In this document: positions 15,732 to 24,766 of the stretch, in pieces | How positions within the stretch are numbered: position 1 is the first letter of the stretch | Layout of the letters: each line of letters begins with the position of its first letter | DNA from: Candidatus Saccharimonadota bacterium | Lineage (GTDB): Archaea; Nanohalarchaeota; Nanosalinia; Nanosalinales; Nanosalinaceae | Length of the DNA: 32,000 bases | Direction of reading: 5' to 3' | Assembly: GCF_047555085.1 (NCBI RefSeq) | Contig: NZ_CP180230.1 | Span: 840,001 to 872,000, forward strand | Position numbers and translations under genes: made by a program | The notes under the pieces: model-generated | What the model was told of the DNA's origin: nothing | The model's database searches: none | What the model saw: only the letters and a program-made list of their open reading frames with translations

Positions 15732-17627
15732 ATGGAGCTAACCAGTCTTGACCTCTCTATCCTTATGGATGAGTTCCAGGAGCTTGAGGACGGCCATGTC
15801 CAGAAAGTTTATCAGAGAGGTCAGGAGTTTACTATAGAAGTCTATGTGGCTGGAGAAGGGAAGAAAAGACTTATTCTAGGTCCTGACAGAGCTTTTGTTT
15901 CAAAGTACAAGAGAGATAATCCGACAAGGCCTCCAGGTTTCTGTATGGAGCTCAGGAAGCATCTGGGGAAAATTGATTCAATCAATCAGAGAGGATTTGA
16001 CAGAATACTTGAAATAAAGAGCGGAGATCATACACTGATATGTGAACTGTTCGGCAAGGGCAACTTCATCCTTCTTGACGAAGAAAAGATCATCGGCGCA
16101 CTGAGGCAGGAAGAGTGGGCCGACAGAATCATCCATACCGGTGAGAAGTACGTCTACCCGGAGCCGACGACTGATCCCAGAGATTCAGATGATTACTTTG
16201 AACTGATTGAAGATGGAGAGATAGTGAAGGAGATCGCATCAAAGCTCAGTTTCGGAGGAACGTACGCGGAAGAAGTTCTTGCACGCGCCAATATAGAAAA
16301 AGATAGAGAAGTAAAGAAACTGGGCGACAGAGAGAAAGAAGAGATCAAATCAAAGATCGATGAGATGATCGATCCCGAAGTAAGACCTAAACTTTACCTT
16401 GAAGATGAGATACCTACAAGAGCCGCACCTTTCACGCTGGAGAAGTATGCAGACTGCAGCGAGAGAGACCTGGATACATTTTCAGAAGCTATAGACGAAT
16501 ACTACTACATAAGAAAAAAGACCGAAGAAAAGCGGAAGAAGAGAGAGGCCTACGAAGAGAAGGTAGGTACGCTTGAAAGGAAGAAGGAGCAGCAGGAGAG
16601 GAAGATTGAAGGCCTGAAGACGTCGGCCAGAGAGAAGCGCAAGAACGCAGAGAAGATTTACGAGAACTACAGAGTTCTCAGACAGCTTAAAGACAGTATA
16701 GAAGATTCCATCGAGGAAGATGGATGGGACAAGACACAGGACAAGCTGAAAGAAGCTGAGACAGAGGCCTCAGAGATGATCAATACTTTGAACGAGCAGG
16801 ACGAGTTCATCTCTGTTGATCTGGATGGAGAAAGTCTGAAGATTTATCTCTTCCAGGATCTTGAGGCCACTGCATCCCAGTACTACGATAAAGCGAAGGA
16901 ATCTGAGGAAAAGATTGAAAGCGCTGAAAAAGCTCTTGAGAACACCAGAAAAGAGCTTGAAAGTCTGGAGGAAGAGGATATTGAAGTTGAGGAAGTTATG
17001 GAAGATAAGAGTGAGAAACGGAGCAAGAAATGGTTCGAGAAGTATCGCTGGTTCTACTCTTCAGAAGACTTTCTTGTACTTGTAGGCAGAGATGCTCAAA
17101 CAAATGATATGCTTGTGAAAAAGCACATGGACTCCAGTGATCTCTACTTCCATGCTGATTTTGACGGCGCACCAAGTGTTGTAGTAAAAGATGGACAGGA
17201 TGCTGGAGAGAAAACCAGAAAGGAAGCTGCTACCGCCGCTGTAACTTTCGCAAAGACATGGAAAGCCGGCATCGGAGCGGATACAGTATACTACGTAGAT
17301 CCCGAGCAAGTGACACAGAATCCGGAGTCAGGAGAATACCTCGAGAAAGGAGCTTTTGTAATCAGAGGGGATAGAGATTACATGAGAAACGTCTCCGTTG
17401 AGGCCTTTATCGGACCTTACGAGATAGAAGAAGACGTGTACGTTCCTATGGCCGGGCCTGAAGAAGCAGTAAATAAGCACTGTGAGGCCTCTGTAGAACT
17501 GAGTCCAGGGCATACAAAGAAGTCTGATATCGCGAAGAACATACAGGACAGATTCCAGGAGTACGAACTGGATCTGGACTACATTATACGCGCTATGCCT
17601 CCAGGAGAGTCCAGCCTGGAGTCCTGA
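15732..17627 (+). CDS. NFACT-family protein (archaeal Rqc2/RqcH/FbpA homologue; ribosome quality control), 631 aa
   Basis: The NFACT-N region (LDLSILMDEFQELEDGHVQKVYQ...FTIEVY...LFGKGNFILLDEE) is followed by a central coiled coil. The NFACT-R/DUF814 region reads FEKYRWFYSSEDFLVLVGRDAQTNDMLVKKHMDSSDLYFHADFDGAPSVVVKDG. Confidence 0.82.
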   Translation: MELTSLDLSILMDEFQELEDGHVQKVYQRGQEFTIEVYVAGEGKKRLILGPDRAFVSKYKRDNPTRPPGFCMELRKHLGKIDSINQRGFDRILEIKSGDHTLICELFGKGNFILLDEEKIIGALRQEEWADRIIHTGEKYVYPEPTTDPRDSDDYFELIEDGEIVKEIASKLSFGGTYAEEVLARANIEKDREVKKLGDREKEEIKSKIDEMIDPEVRPKLYLEDEIPTRAAPFTLEKYADCSERDLDTFSEAIDEYYYIRKKTEEKRKKREAYEEKVGTLERKKEQQERKIEGLKTSAREKRKNAEKIYENYRVLRQLKDSIEDSIEEDGWDKTQDKLKEAETEASEMINTLNEQDEFISVDLDGESLKIYLFQDLEATASQYYDKAKESEEKIESAEKALENTRKELESLEEEDIEVEEVMEDKSEKRSKKWFEKYRWFYSSEDFLVLVGRDAQTNDMLVKKHMDSSDLYFHADFDGAPSVVVKDGQDAGEKTRKEAATAAVTFAKTWKAGIGADTVYYVDPEQVTQNPESGEYLEKGAFVIRGDRDYMRNVSVEAFIGPYEIEEDVYVPMAGPEEAVNKHCEASVELSPGHTKKSDIAKNIQDRFQEYELDLDYIIRAMPPGESSLES

Positions 17628-17630
17628 GGC

Positions 17631-18062
17631 CTATAGTTCTATATCCAGGCCTTCATTTTCATATAGAGCCCTGTTTCTGAACAGAAATCCTGCATAACCT
17701 GTGTATACTCCTATAGCTGCTGCTGAAGCTACAGGTACAGGAAGTATCAGGCCTTGAGATAACAGATAATACATTATTACTGTCGCTGGCGTCATAGCCG
17801 AGACTAGAACAAGTAATATATCAATTAATAGGCCCGTCCATCCTCTTGCATCCATGTATTTATCTAAAGGAATACTTCCTTCTGGAACATTCAGGAAGTA
17901 CCATGTAAGCGGCACAGTAATGACTGTTGCCGTGAATGCTGCGACAGACCACGGCATAAGCCTTGCGGCAACAAGAGGAAGAAGAAGGAAAGATGCTGTG
18001 CCCGCCATCAGGCCTATGAAAATCATCTCCAGAGCCCTTTTGATATCAAAAACAATATTCAT
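17631..18062 (-). CDS. Membrane protein, function unknown (143 aa)
   Basis: Four hydrophobic segments and an ATG start. Its stop is only 3 nt from the convergent NFACT stop. Confidence 0.5.
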   Translation of the reverse strand: MNIVFDIKRALEMIFIGLMAGTASFLLLPLVAARLMPWSVAAFTATVITVPLTWYFLNVPEGSIPLDKYMDARGWTGLLIDILLVLVSAMTPATVIMYYLLSQGLILPVPVASAAAIGVYTGYAGFLFRNRALYENEGLDIEL

Positions 18063-18101
18063 GAGAAGTTATTGAGACTCCAGGAATAAAAAGACAGGAA
18101 G

Positions 18102-19043
18102 CTACAGTCCCAGAATCAGAAATCCAGCTCCCGCTGTCAACGCCATAGAGAGGAAAAACGCACCTGTCCACGCCAGAACAGTCCTGGAAATCTTTCCTGT
18201 ATCAGCGTTGGACTTCCCCTCTACAAGGCCCGAACCTATCACAGAAGCAATAACAGCCTCATTGAACGATATAGGTATGCCAAAAAATATACCGATCTGA
18301 GCCAGTATAGCCGCAGTTCCAAGCGCTGCAACAGATCTCCTAGGCCCAATATTCGAGTAATCAAAACTTATAGCTCTAATAATCCTCGGCGAGTACAGCC
18401 AGGCCCCCATAAGAATCGAGAGGCCTCCCATCAACAGTAAAGCTCCTGTAGATGGAATTAGGCCTGTCAAAGGTCCTACAGCAAGGCCTACTGCAGAAGC
18501 TCCTGCTGAGTACGCAACGTAACATCCTGTTACAAGTAGTAGTATCTTTATCTTTCTCTCAGAGTTTTCCTTTGAAACATACCGTCTCAAGAGTTTTGCT
18601 ATTGCAAAGCTGAGGCCTACAGCTAGGAAAGGTATCAGTATCCAGTATCCTATCACCTTGAATATTCCCTGATACCTCAGAGGATTTCCGAAGGCGATCC
18701 CACTTCCTATAACAGCCCCTATAACTGTGAAAGCTGTTGGCATCGGATAATCTCCCAGCACACTGACGATAACGAGCAAGGCCGCTATGAAAAGTATCAA
18801 TGCCGCCTGTACAGTCGCAATCTCACCACCGATTATGCCCGAACCGACTGTCTCTGTAACTTTGGCTCCCTGAGTGAGTGCACCTATGAAAGCGAAGAAC
18901 CCAGCCAGGAATGCCGCCCTGAGTACGTTAGCCGACCTTGCGCTGTTAACAGGGCCGAAAGCAGAGGCCACAGTAGATGCACCTATCGATATACCCATGA
19001 AAACCGAGGCCGCCAGCGCTGAAACGTAAAGTAGCTCCTGCAT
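18102..19043 (-). CDS. pit: Inorganic phosphate transporter, PiT (PHO4) family, 313 aa
   Basis: Polytopic protein with the duplicated PiT signature: an N-terminal GASTVASAFGPVNSARS (GANDvAN-like) and a C-terminal ISFNEAVIASVIGSGLVEG. Confidence 0.72.
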   Translation of the reverse strand: MQELLYVSALAASVFMGISIGASTVASAFGPVNSARSANVLRAAFLAGFFAFIGALTQGAKVTETVGSGIIGGEIATVQAALILFIAALLVIVSVLGDYPMPTAFTVIGAVIGSGIAFGNPLRYQGIFKVIGYWILIPFLAVGLSFAIAKLLRRYVSKENSERKIKILLLVTGCYVAYSAGASAVGLAVGPLTGLIPSTGALLLMGGLSILMGAWLYSPRIIRAISFDYSNIGPRRSVAALGTAAILAQIGIFFGIPISFNEAVIASVIGSGLVEGKSNADTGKISRTVLAWTGAFFLSMALTAGAGFLILGL

Positions 19044-19621
19044 CAGTTATCCTCTCTGAAATTATCCTGTAACTGCTCTCTTTTCTCCTCTTCCAGAACA
19101 GAGACATCCATCTCGAACTTTCCACCTTTTCTGTCCCGTATATCTACAGAGAAATCCTCAGTATCCAGATAATACGGATTAAACCTCAGAGTAACCCAGG
19201 AATAAATCGCCTGCTCAATCCTCCTGATCAGGCCTACCACACGACTGTAAAAAGGTCTTGCAGCCTCCTCAGAGGGCTCTATAATTTCTTTATCCGGGAG
19301 TTCTTTCATAGTAGCTTTTTTGCCGGCCTCCGCCATCTTGTCCGAGGCCTGTTTAAGATCTTCTTTCACTCCGTTGGTCTTTTCCTCAAGTTTTTTCTCG
19401 TGAGAAACTGCTTCATCGACAGTCTTCCTCTTGACATCACTCTCAGATTCCTCCAGTTTAGGCCTCCAGTCTCCGAATTTTTCGATAGAATCTTCTGCGG
19501 TATCTTCCAGGGCCTCTTCGACCTGTTCACCGAACTCTGCGATCTCCTTCCAGTTACCTTCTTTCTTTACACCAGAGTTAGTCTGTTCTACTTCTTTGTC
19601 CTGTTCAGTTTTATCCGGCAT
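19043..19621 (-). CDS. Acidic soluble protein of unknown function (192 aa), translationally coupled to pit
   Basis: Its TGA overlaps the pit ATG (TGATG at 19041-19045). The N-terminal half is highly charged. The C-terminal region is more ordered (RPFYSRVVGLIRRIEQAIYSWVTLRFNPYYLDTEDFSVDIRDRKGGKFEMDVSVL). A TTTTTAAA box (minus strand, about nt 19655-19663) lies about 35-42 nt upstream of the ATG. Confidence 0.55.
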   Translation of the reverse strand: MPDKTEQDKEVEQTNSGVKKEGNWKEIAEFGEQVEEALEDTAEDSIEKFGDWRPKLEESESDVKRKTVDEAVSHEKKLEEKTNGVKEDLKQASDKMAEAGKKATMKELPDKEIIEPSEEAARPFYSRVVGLIRRIEQAIYSWVTLRFNPYYLDTEDFSVDIRDRKGGKFEMDVSVLEEEKREQLQDNFREDN

Positions 19622-19695
19622 GGCGCGCCCTATACTGTTTCAAGGAGGTAGATGGTTTAAAAAGGGTTACGTTGTCCAGGCCTCCTGAAAAAATC

Positions 19696-20442
19696 TTACA
19701 GGCCTGTAACAATACGTGAAACTCTTTCACGGAGATCTTTTTCCACTTCTTCAGGCGTTCTTTCGCCGTCGATAACACTCCAGTCCTCGTGTTCAGCTAC
19801 TTTCCGACCGTTAAGATTCGAGGCCTTCATGTACTCATCGTCAAGCTCGTGGATATCCTTTTCCTTCTCAGACATCCGTTGACGGGCCTCTTCAGGCGAA
19901 ATATCAAGGTAGAAAACTTCGTCGGCATCAGGAAGATCGCTGTCAACAGATTTTATCTCCTCAAGTTTCTCGTTCCAGGCCTCTCCCTCGAATCCTACAA
20001 GCTGATGTATCAGATTGGCCTCCCTGTAGCGGTCACAGACTATGATGCCGCCTCGAGAGATATACTGCTCCATCAGTGTCTTGAACTGCTTCCTGTCAGC
20101 AGCATAGATATCAACTTTTTCCTGTAAAGAAAGATTCTCCCTGTCGCCAAGACGGCCTTTCAGGTAAGAATCCACTACACGGCCTCCCGGAGTCTGGCCG
20201 TAAGTCGGGAACGATAGATGCCATACACCGTCTTCTATACTGTCATCCACTCTCTGTTCGCCTTCTGGATCAGGATAGTTCCCCGGCATACTTCTGATTA
20301 ACCTCTCCTCTTCCCTGGGATCTATATTATCTATTTCATTCGATCTCAGCCACTCAACCAGCCTCTTTGTCTGAGTCTGTTTTCCTGAGGCATCAGGGCC
20401 TTCTATAACGATAAAACTTCCTGCACGATTTTCCTGTTTCAC
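19696..20442 (-). CDS. tmk: Thymidylate (dTMP) kinase, long form with acidic inserts (248 aa)
   Basis: P-loop is FIVIEGPDASGKQTQTKRL and the DRY-type motif is IVCDRYREANLIHQ. A lid-like region follows. The start codon is GTG. Confidence 0.8.
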   Translation of the reverse strand: MKQENRAGSFIVIEGPDASGKQTQTKRLVEWLRSNEIDNIDPREEERLIRSMPGNYPDPEGEQRVDDSIEDGVWHLSFPTYGQTPGGRVVDSYLKGRLGDRENLSLQEKVDIYAADRKQFKTLMEQYISRGGIIVCDRYREANLIHQLVGFEGEAWNEKLEEIKSVDSDLPDADEVFYLDISPEEARQRMSEKEKDIHELDDEYMKASNLNGRKVAEHEDWSVIDGERTPEEVEKDLRERVSRIVTGL

Positions 20443-20520
20443 AGCTAGAACCTCGAAGAGAAAGGTTTTGAATCTTGCCTAAAAGGCCTCACCACGGAAC
20501 TTTTAACCTTCCATCATGAA

Positions 20521-21180
20521 GTGTGGAACATGTTCCAGGAAGGAGAGCTGAAAAGTCTAGGCATTGCAACAGGCCTCATCATTCTAAATATTGCAGTAAT
20601 GTGGATTTTTGCTTTTACACCGCTTGCAACGATAAATAATCTACTTTTCAACACATTTTTCCTGCTTGGAGTTATAGTGTACGGGCTGTTGCTTTCCGGA
20701 GGCCTCTACATCGCCAGAAAAGGAATAAGAAGTGAAAATACTGTTCTGGCAGTTGCAGGAACAGGCCTGATACAGGTAGCTTACGGGATTTTCGGAGCAG
20801 GAATCCTGGGAATGGTGGCTCCGGGAGTACAGGCTATAGCGATCGCTATAACAGGAGTGATCTCAGTGATTATCGCATTACTGGCAGGCCTTCTGGTATA
20901 CGGTACAGGCCACGATTTCTCAAGCTGGGGCAGATACGCCAACTATATTTTCCTCGGAGTACTTGGATTTTCACTTATAGGAAGCTTCAGTCCAACAGTA
21001 ATTATTGTAGCATTTACTCTGGCCTTGATCGGCTTCATTGTATACCTCATCCATGAAATCTACATGGTGAAGACACAGCCCGGAAAGCCTTTCCTCAACG
21101 GTATCGGAGTCTACACAGCTTTCATGGGAGTTTTCGTTGAGATACTTCAGCTTGTAGTGCAGATGATCGCCGAGGAGTAA
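20521..21180 (+). CDS. Seven-TM membrane protein, possibly BAX-inhibitor-1/YccA family
   Basis: About 7 hydrophobic segments in 219 aa. The C-terminal pattern IVYLIHEIYMVKTQ...FLNGIGVYTAFMGVFVEILQLV resembles the BI-1 C-terminus. This was recalled, not searched. The start is GTG at 20521 or ATG at 20530. Confidence 0.45.
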   Translation: MWNMFQEGELKSLGIATGLIILNIAVMWIFAFTPLATINNLLFNTFFLLGVIVYGLLLSGGLYIARKGIRSENTVLAVAGTGLIQVAYGIFGAGILGMVAPGVQAIAIAITGVISVIIALLAGLLVYGTGHDFSSWGRYANYIFLGVLGFSLIGSFSPTVIIVAFTLALIGFIVYLIHEIYMVKTQPGKPFLNGIGVYTAFMGVFVEILQLVVQMIAEE

Positions 21181-21183
21181 AAA

Positions 21184-21597
21184 ATGAGTGAAAAATTAGT
21201 TCCTGCCGTCAAGGCACTGATAGAAAGAGACGGAAAACTGCTCGTTCTGAAGACAGAGGCCTCTGGAGAAACTTACTACGTTCTTCCCGGCGGAAAAATC
21301 GAGTACGGTGAGTCATCTGAAGAGGCCTTGCAGCGGGAGATCAAAGAGGAGTTATCCTGCAGTATTGAAATCGGAGATTCTGTCGGAAACTATCATTTCT
21401 TTACAGGGCCTGAAGGAGATGGAAGACAGGTAGTTTTGACTGTCTTCAGAGGATCAATCGGCGATCAGGATATAGATATATCCGGAAATCCTGCGGATGA
21501 AGGAATAATCGAGTATCTGTGGATGAGGCCTGAAGAACTGATTGAGGAAAGCAGTAACGATTCTCTGAAAGAACTGATCAGAAACTACTCTGACTGA
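21184..21597 (+). CDS. NUDIX hydrolase (137 aa)
   Basis: The Nudix box is GGKIEYGESSEEALQREIKEELS (G-x5-E-x7-REUxEExGU). A GGAGGAG SD-like element lies 6 nt upstream of the ATG. Confidence 0.85.
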   Translation: MSEKLVPAVKALIERDGKLLVLKTEASGETYYVLPGGKIEYGESSEEALQREIKEELSCSIEIGDSVGNYHFFTGPEGDGRQVVLTVFRGSIGDQDIDISGNPADEGIIEYLWMRPEELIEESSNDSLKELIRNYSD

Positions 21598-21637
21598 ATG
21601 AAAAGATATACTAGAGTTGTCAGCAAAGTTTTTCTCG

Positions 21638-22900
21638 ATGAATCACAAGGATCTTTCTGAAGCAGACCCTGAAGTATACGAGGCCTTGAAAAACGAAATT
21701 GATAGACAGGAAAGCGAAAGCCTGGAGATGATAGCATCTGAAAACTTTGTACCTAGACAGATTCTACAGGCCCAGGGCTCAGTTTTGACGAACAAGTACG
21801 CAGAAGGATATCCCGGGAAAAGATACTACGCCGGATGCGAATACCACGACAAAGTAGAGAACCTGGCCCGTGAACGCGCATGTGAAATCTTCGATGCAGA
21901 TCATGCAAATGTTCAGCCACATTCAGGCTCTCAGGCCAACTTTGCGGCCTATTTCTCACAGCTAGATGCCGGAGATAAAATCCTGGGGCCTGTACTTTCC
22001 CACGGAGGCCACCTGACACACGGACACGGAGTAAATTTCTCCGGAGATCTATTCGACTTCGCTACGTACGGCCTCAACAGGGAGACAGAAAGATTCGAAA
22101 AAGAAGACGTGATGGAAGCAGCAAAAGAACACAATCCTGATCTGATAGTCTGTGGATACAGCGCCTATCCGCGGGAGATAGACTTTGAAATGTTCAGAGA
22201 AGTTGCGGACGAAGTCGATGCATTACTGATGTGTGATATAGCCCATATTTCAGGCCTCGTGGCAACAGGAGAACATCCAAGTCCTTTCCCACAGTGTGAT
22301 ATCGTTACAACCACCACGCACAAGTCAATCCGTGGCGCACGCGGCGGCATGATCCTCTGCAAACAAGAATACGCCGACGACGTTGATTCAGCAGTATTCC
22401 CATACAGCCAGGGAGGCCCGCTGATGCATCAGATCGCAGGCAAAGCAGTCTGCTTCAAAGAGGCCCAGAAAGAGAGTTTCAAAGACTACACCCAGCAGAT
22501 CAAGAAAAACACGAAAGCTCTGGCAGAAGGCCTCAGAGATAAAGGCCTGAGAATGGTTTCAGGAGGTACAGACAATCACCTGGTGCTCGTTGATCTCCAG
22601 GACGAAGATGTTACAGGTAAAGAGGCTGAAAAAGCTCTTGAAGATTCAAATATAGTTGTTAACAAAAATTCTGTACCTTATGATCCTGAGCCGCCGACAG
22701 TGACTTCCGGGATCCGGATCGGGACTCCTGCATTGACAACTAGAGGCCTTGAAGAGGAAGAGTTACGTAGTATAGGTGAGATGATCGGAGAAGTCGTGAA
22801 AAATCCGGATGATGAGGAAGTTCGTTCCGAGGTCAGGGAGAAAGTTTCAGGCCTCCTGGATGAGTTCCCGCTGTACGAGGATTCTGAGGTGGATCTCTAG
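21638..22900 (+). CDS. glyA: Serine hydroxymethyltransferase
   Basis: Motifs are [41 protein letters not shown] and the PLP-lysine motif [15 protein letters not shown] start at ATG 21638 ([17 protein letters not shown] aligns with canonical SHMT N-termini, and an A/T box lies about 30 nt upstream) rather than the track's TTG at 21617. Confidence 0.9.
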   Translation: MNHKDLSEADPEVYEALKNEIDRQESESLEMIASENFVPRQILQAQGSVLTNKYAEGYPGKRYYAGCEYHDKVENLARERACEIFDADHANVQPHSGSQANFAAYFSQLDAGDKILGPVLSHGGHLTHGHGVNFSGDLFDFATYGLNRETERFEKEDVMEAAKEHNPDLIVCGYSAYPREIDFEMFREVADEVDALLMCDIAHISGLVATGEHPSPFPQCDIVTTTTHKSIRGARGGMILCKQEYADDVDSAVFPYSQGGPLMHQIAGKAVCFKEAQKESFKDYTQQIKKNTKALAEGLRDKGLRMVSGGTDNHLVLVDLQDEDVTGKEAEKALEDSNIVVNKNSVPYDPEPPTVTSGIRIGTPALTTRGLEEEELRSIGEMIGEVVKNPDDEEVRSEVREKVSGLLDEFPLYEDSEVDL

Positions 22901-23130
22901 CGGTACATCTCATCGAAGTCGAATTCATCCCATTCCATTTCTCCTCTTTCAAGGCAGTGTTCGTAGTGGCTGTCGGTAAGAAGGGCTGTCATAACGTACT
23001 CGAAGTCGTACATTGAACTCAGAGGCCTTGACATATGGATGGATTCAGTCTCTTTTTCCCCTGTAATCCTCTGATCTACTGAGAGGTCTCCTAGCCGTTC
23101 CTCATTAAGGTATAGCGTGTTTTCTTCCAC
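22897..23130 (-). CDS. Small acidic hypothetical protein (77 aa, GTG start)
   Basis: This is the only ORF filling an otherwise 297-nt gap in a very compact region. Its composition is acidic like the rest of the proteome. I recognise no family. Its 3' end overlaps the glyA stop by 4 nt. Confidence 0.35.
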   Translation of the reverse strand: MEENTLYLNEERLGDLSVDQRITGEKETESIHMSRPLSSMYDFEYVMTALLTDSHYEHCLERGEMEWDEFDFDEMYR

Positions 23131-23153
23131 TCGGAGTGTTTGGTTCTCAAAGT

Positions 23154-23189
23154 ATAAAATAACTGATATCGAAGTCAGTGTTGGAGGGG
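23154..23189 (+). promoter_or_regulatory. Candidate thyA promoter (TATAAAATAA) plus Shine-Dalgarno-like GGAGGGG
   Basis: tataaaataa is at 23154-23163. ggagggg is at 23183-23189, 8 nt before the TTG start at 23198, which supports that non-ATG start. Confidence 0.4.
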
Positions 23190-23197
23190 ACTAATTC

Positions 23198-24286
23198 TTG
23201 AAACAGTACCATGATCTGGTAAAGAATATTCTTGAAAACGCAAATTACAGGCCTAACAGGACAGGAGTCGATACTTTATCCACTTTCTCACAGCATTACA
23301 AGATCGACCTACAGGAAGGTTTTCCGCTGCTAACAACTAAAGACATGTCTGGTTACCGCTGGAACTCGCTTATCCATGAACTTCTGTGGTACTTCTCAGG
23401 AGAAGAGCATATCAAGAACCTGAGAGAGCATACAAAGATCTGGGATGCCTGGGCGGACGAAGAAGGCCTTCTGCCGACAGCTTACGGCCGTTTCTGGAGG
23501 CGCTACCCGATCCCAGAAGACGAAGACTTGCTTGAAGGAGAGTGGTGGCCGACAAATACAGATGAATGGATCGAGAAAGCAAAAGAACAGTACAGCCTAT
23601 CCGAAGAGGAGATCAGAGATGGCATCAGTCAGTGGATCAACGAGGAGGAAGACGGTAGAAAAACTTTTGACCAGATCCAGTATGTGATAGATACTTTGAA
23701 CGGAGAGCACCCTTACAGATCCAAAAACTCGAGACGTTTGATCATCAACGCATGGCATCCTGCCAACGCAGCTGTTTCAAAACTGCCGCCGTGCCACTTC
23801 ACCTGGGTGCTGAACGTACAGGATGGAAAACTCAATACACACCTGACGCAGCGTTCAGGAGACACCGCACTCGGAATACCGTTCAACATCGCGGCCTACG
23901 CATTAATCACGAAGATTATAGCGAAACAGACAGATCTTGAACCCGGAGAGTTCTCCCACACGATTGTAGACTCCCACATCTACTGCGGGAAAGGCGAAAG
24001 AGGAGAGTGGTACAGCGAAAATCTTGAAGATCTGAAGGAAAAGATTTCTGAGGCCTCGGAAAGACAGGACTACCTCGAAATCAAGGAATGGATCGATGAA
24101 TCTGCTCCAGAACAGGAGGAAAACTATGATCATGTGCCAGGCCTTCTGGAACAGGTTTCGCGCGAACCAAAAGAAAGGCCTTCTATGAATCTCCCTGAGA
24201 AATCGATCGAGGATCTGGAGTATGAGGACTTCGAGCTGGAAGGTTATACTCCGCATGATGGTCTGAAGTTTTCTGTTGCGGAGTGA
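23198..24286 (+). CDS. thyA: Thymidylate synthase ThyA (362 aa, with two acidic insertions)
   Basis: Motifs are NRTGVDTLSTF, FPLLTTKDMSGYRWNSLIHELLWYFSG, the catalytic-Cys region RRLIINAWHPANAAVSKLPPCHFTWVLNV, LTQRSGDTALGIPFNIAAYALIT and VDSHIYC...LLEQVSREPKERP. Confidence 0.9.
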   Translation: MKQYHDLVKNILENANYRPNRTGVDTLSTFSQHYKIDLQEGFPLLTTKDMSGYRWNSLIHELLWYFSGEEHIKNLREHTKIWDAWADEEGLLPTAYGRFWRRYPIPEDEDLLEGEWWPTNTDEWIEKAKEQYSLSEEEIRDGISQWINEEEDGRKTFDQIQYVIDTLNGEHPYRSKNSRRLIINAWHPANAAVSKLPPCHFTWVLNVQDGKLNTHLTQRSGDTALGIPFNIAAYALITKIIAKQTDLEPGEFSHTIVDSHIYCGKGERGEWYSENLEDLKEKISEASERQDYLEIKEWIDESAPEQEENYDHVPGLLEQVSREPKERPSMNLPEKSIEDLEYEDFELEGYTPHDGLKFSVAE

Positions 24287-24292
24287 TTTTTT

Positions 24293-24766
24293 GTGGAGAA
24301 AATTATTATAGTTGCGTTCGATGAGGAAAGAGCTATAGGGAAGGACGGAGAAATTCCTTGGCATTATTCGAGCGACATGAAGCATTTCAGGGAGAAGACA
24401 ACAGGAAATACAGTTTTGATGGGGCGTAAGACTTACGAGTCTCTTCCTGAAGATTTCAGGCCTCTGCCGGATAGGAAAAATATAGTGTTGACGAGATCGG
24501 AGTTCGATGCCGATGAGAGTGTGTCTGTAGCGAACAGTCTTGATGAGGCCTATAGTATTGCGGAGGACCAGGAAGGAGATCTGTTTATCGCCGGAGGTTC
24601 CTCGATATACCGTCAGACTCTGGATGATGCTGATAGAGCCATTATAACGCGCATACCCGGAAAACATGATGGAGATACGTTCTTCCCTGAGCTTGGTGAA
24701 GACTGGATTAAATCTTCAGAGAGGGAGGAAAAAGGACTCCAGTTCCAGGAGTTTACCAGAAGTTAA
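24293..24766 (+). CDS. folA: Dihydrofolate reductase
   Basis: IIIVAFDEERAIGKDGEIPWHYSSDMKHFREKTTGNTVLMGRKTYESLPEDFRPLPDRKNIVLTR...LFIAGGSSIYRQ. The start is GTG with a GGAGTGA SD-like element 7 nt upstream, inside the end of thyA. Confidence 0.88.
   Translation: MEKIIIVAFDEERAIGKDGEIPWHYSSDMKHFREKTTGNTVLMGRKTYESLPEDFRPLPDRKNIVLTRSEFDADESVSVANSLDEAYSIAEDQEGDLFIAGGSSIYRQTLDDADRAIITRIPGKHDGDTFFPELGEDWIKSSEREEKGLQFQEFTRS

Noticed and set aside
23903-24667. A 254-aa minus-strand ORF
   Set aside because: It lies entirely antisense to thyA and folA, which both carry unmistakable family motifs. Its product is basic and rich in R, F and L, unlike the acidic proteome. It is a shadow ORF.
6239-24766. 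A known defence, toxin-antitoxin or secretion system in the core region
   Set aside because: Every sizeable ORF is either a recognisable housekeeping gene or a small membrane or acidic protein without nuclease, ATPase/helicase or toxin motifs that I can identify. I found no evidence for such a system.
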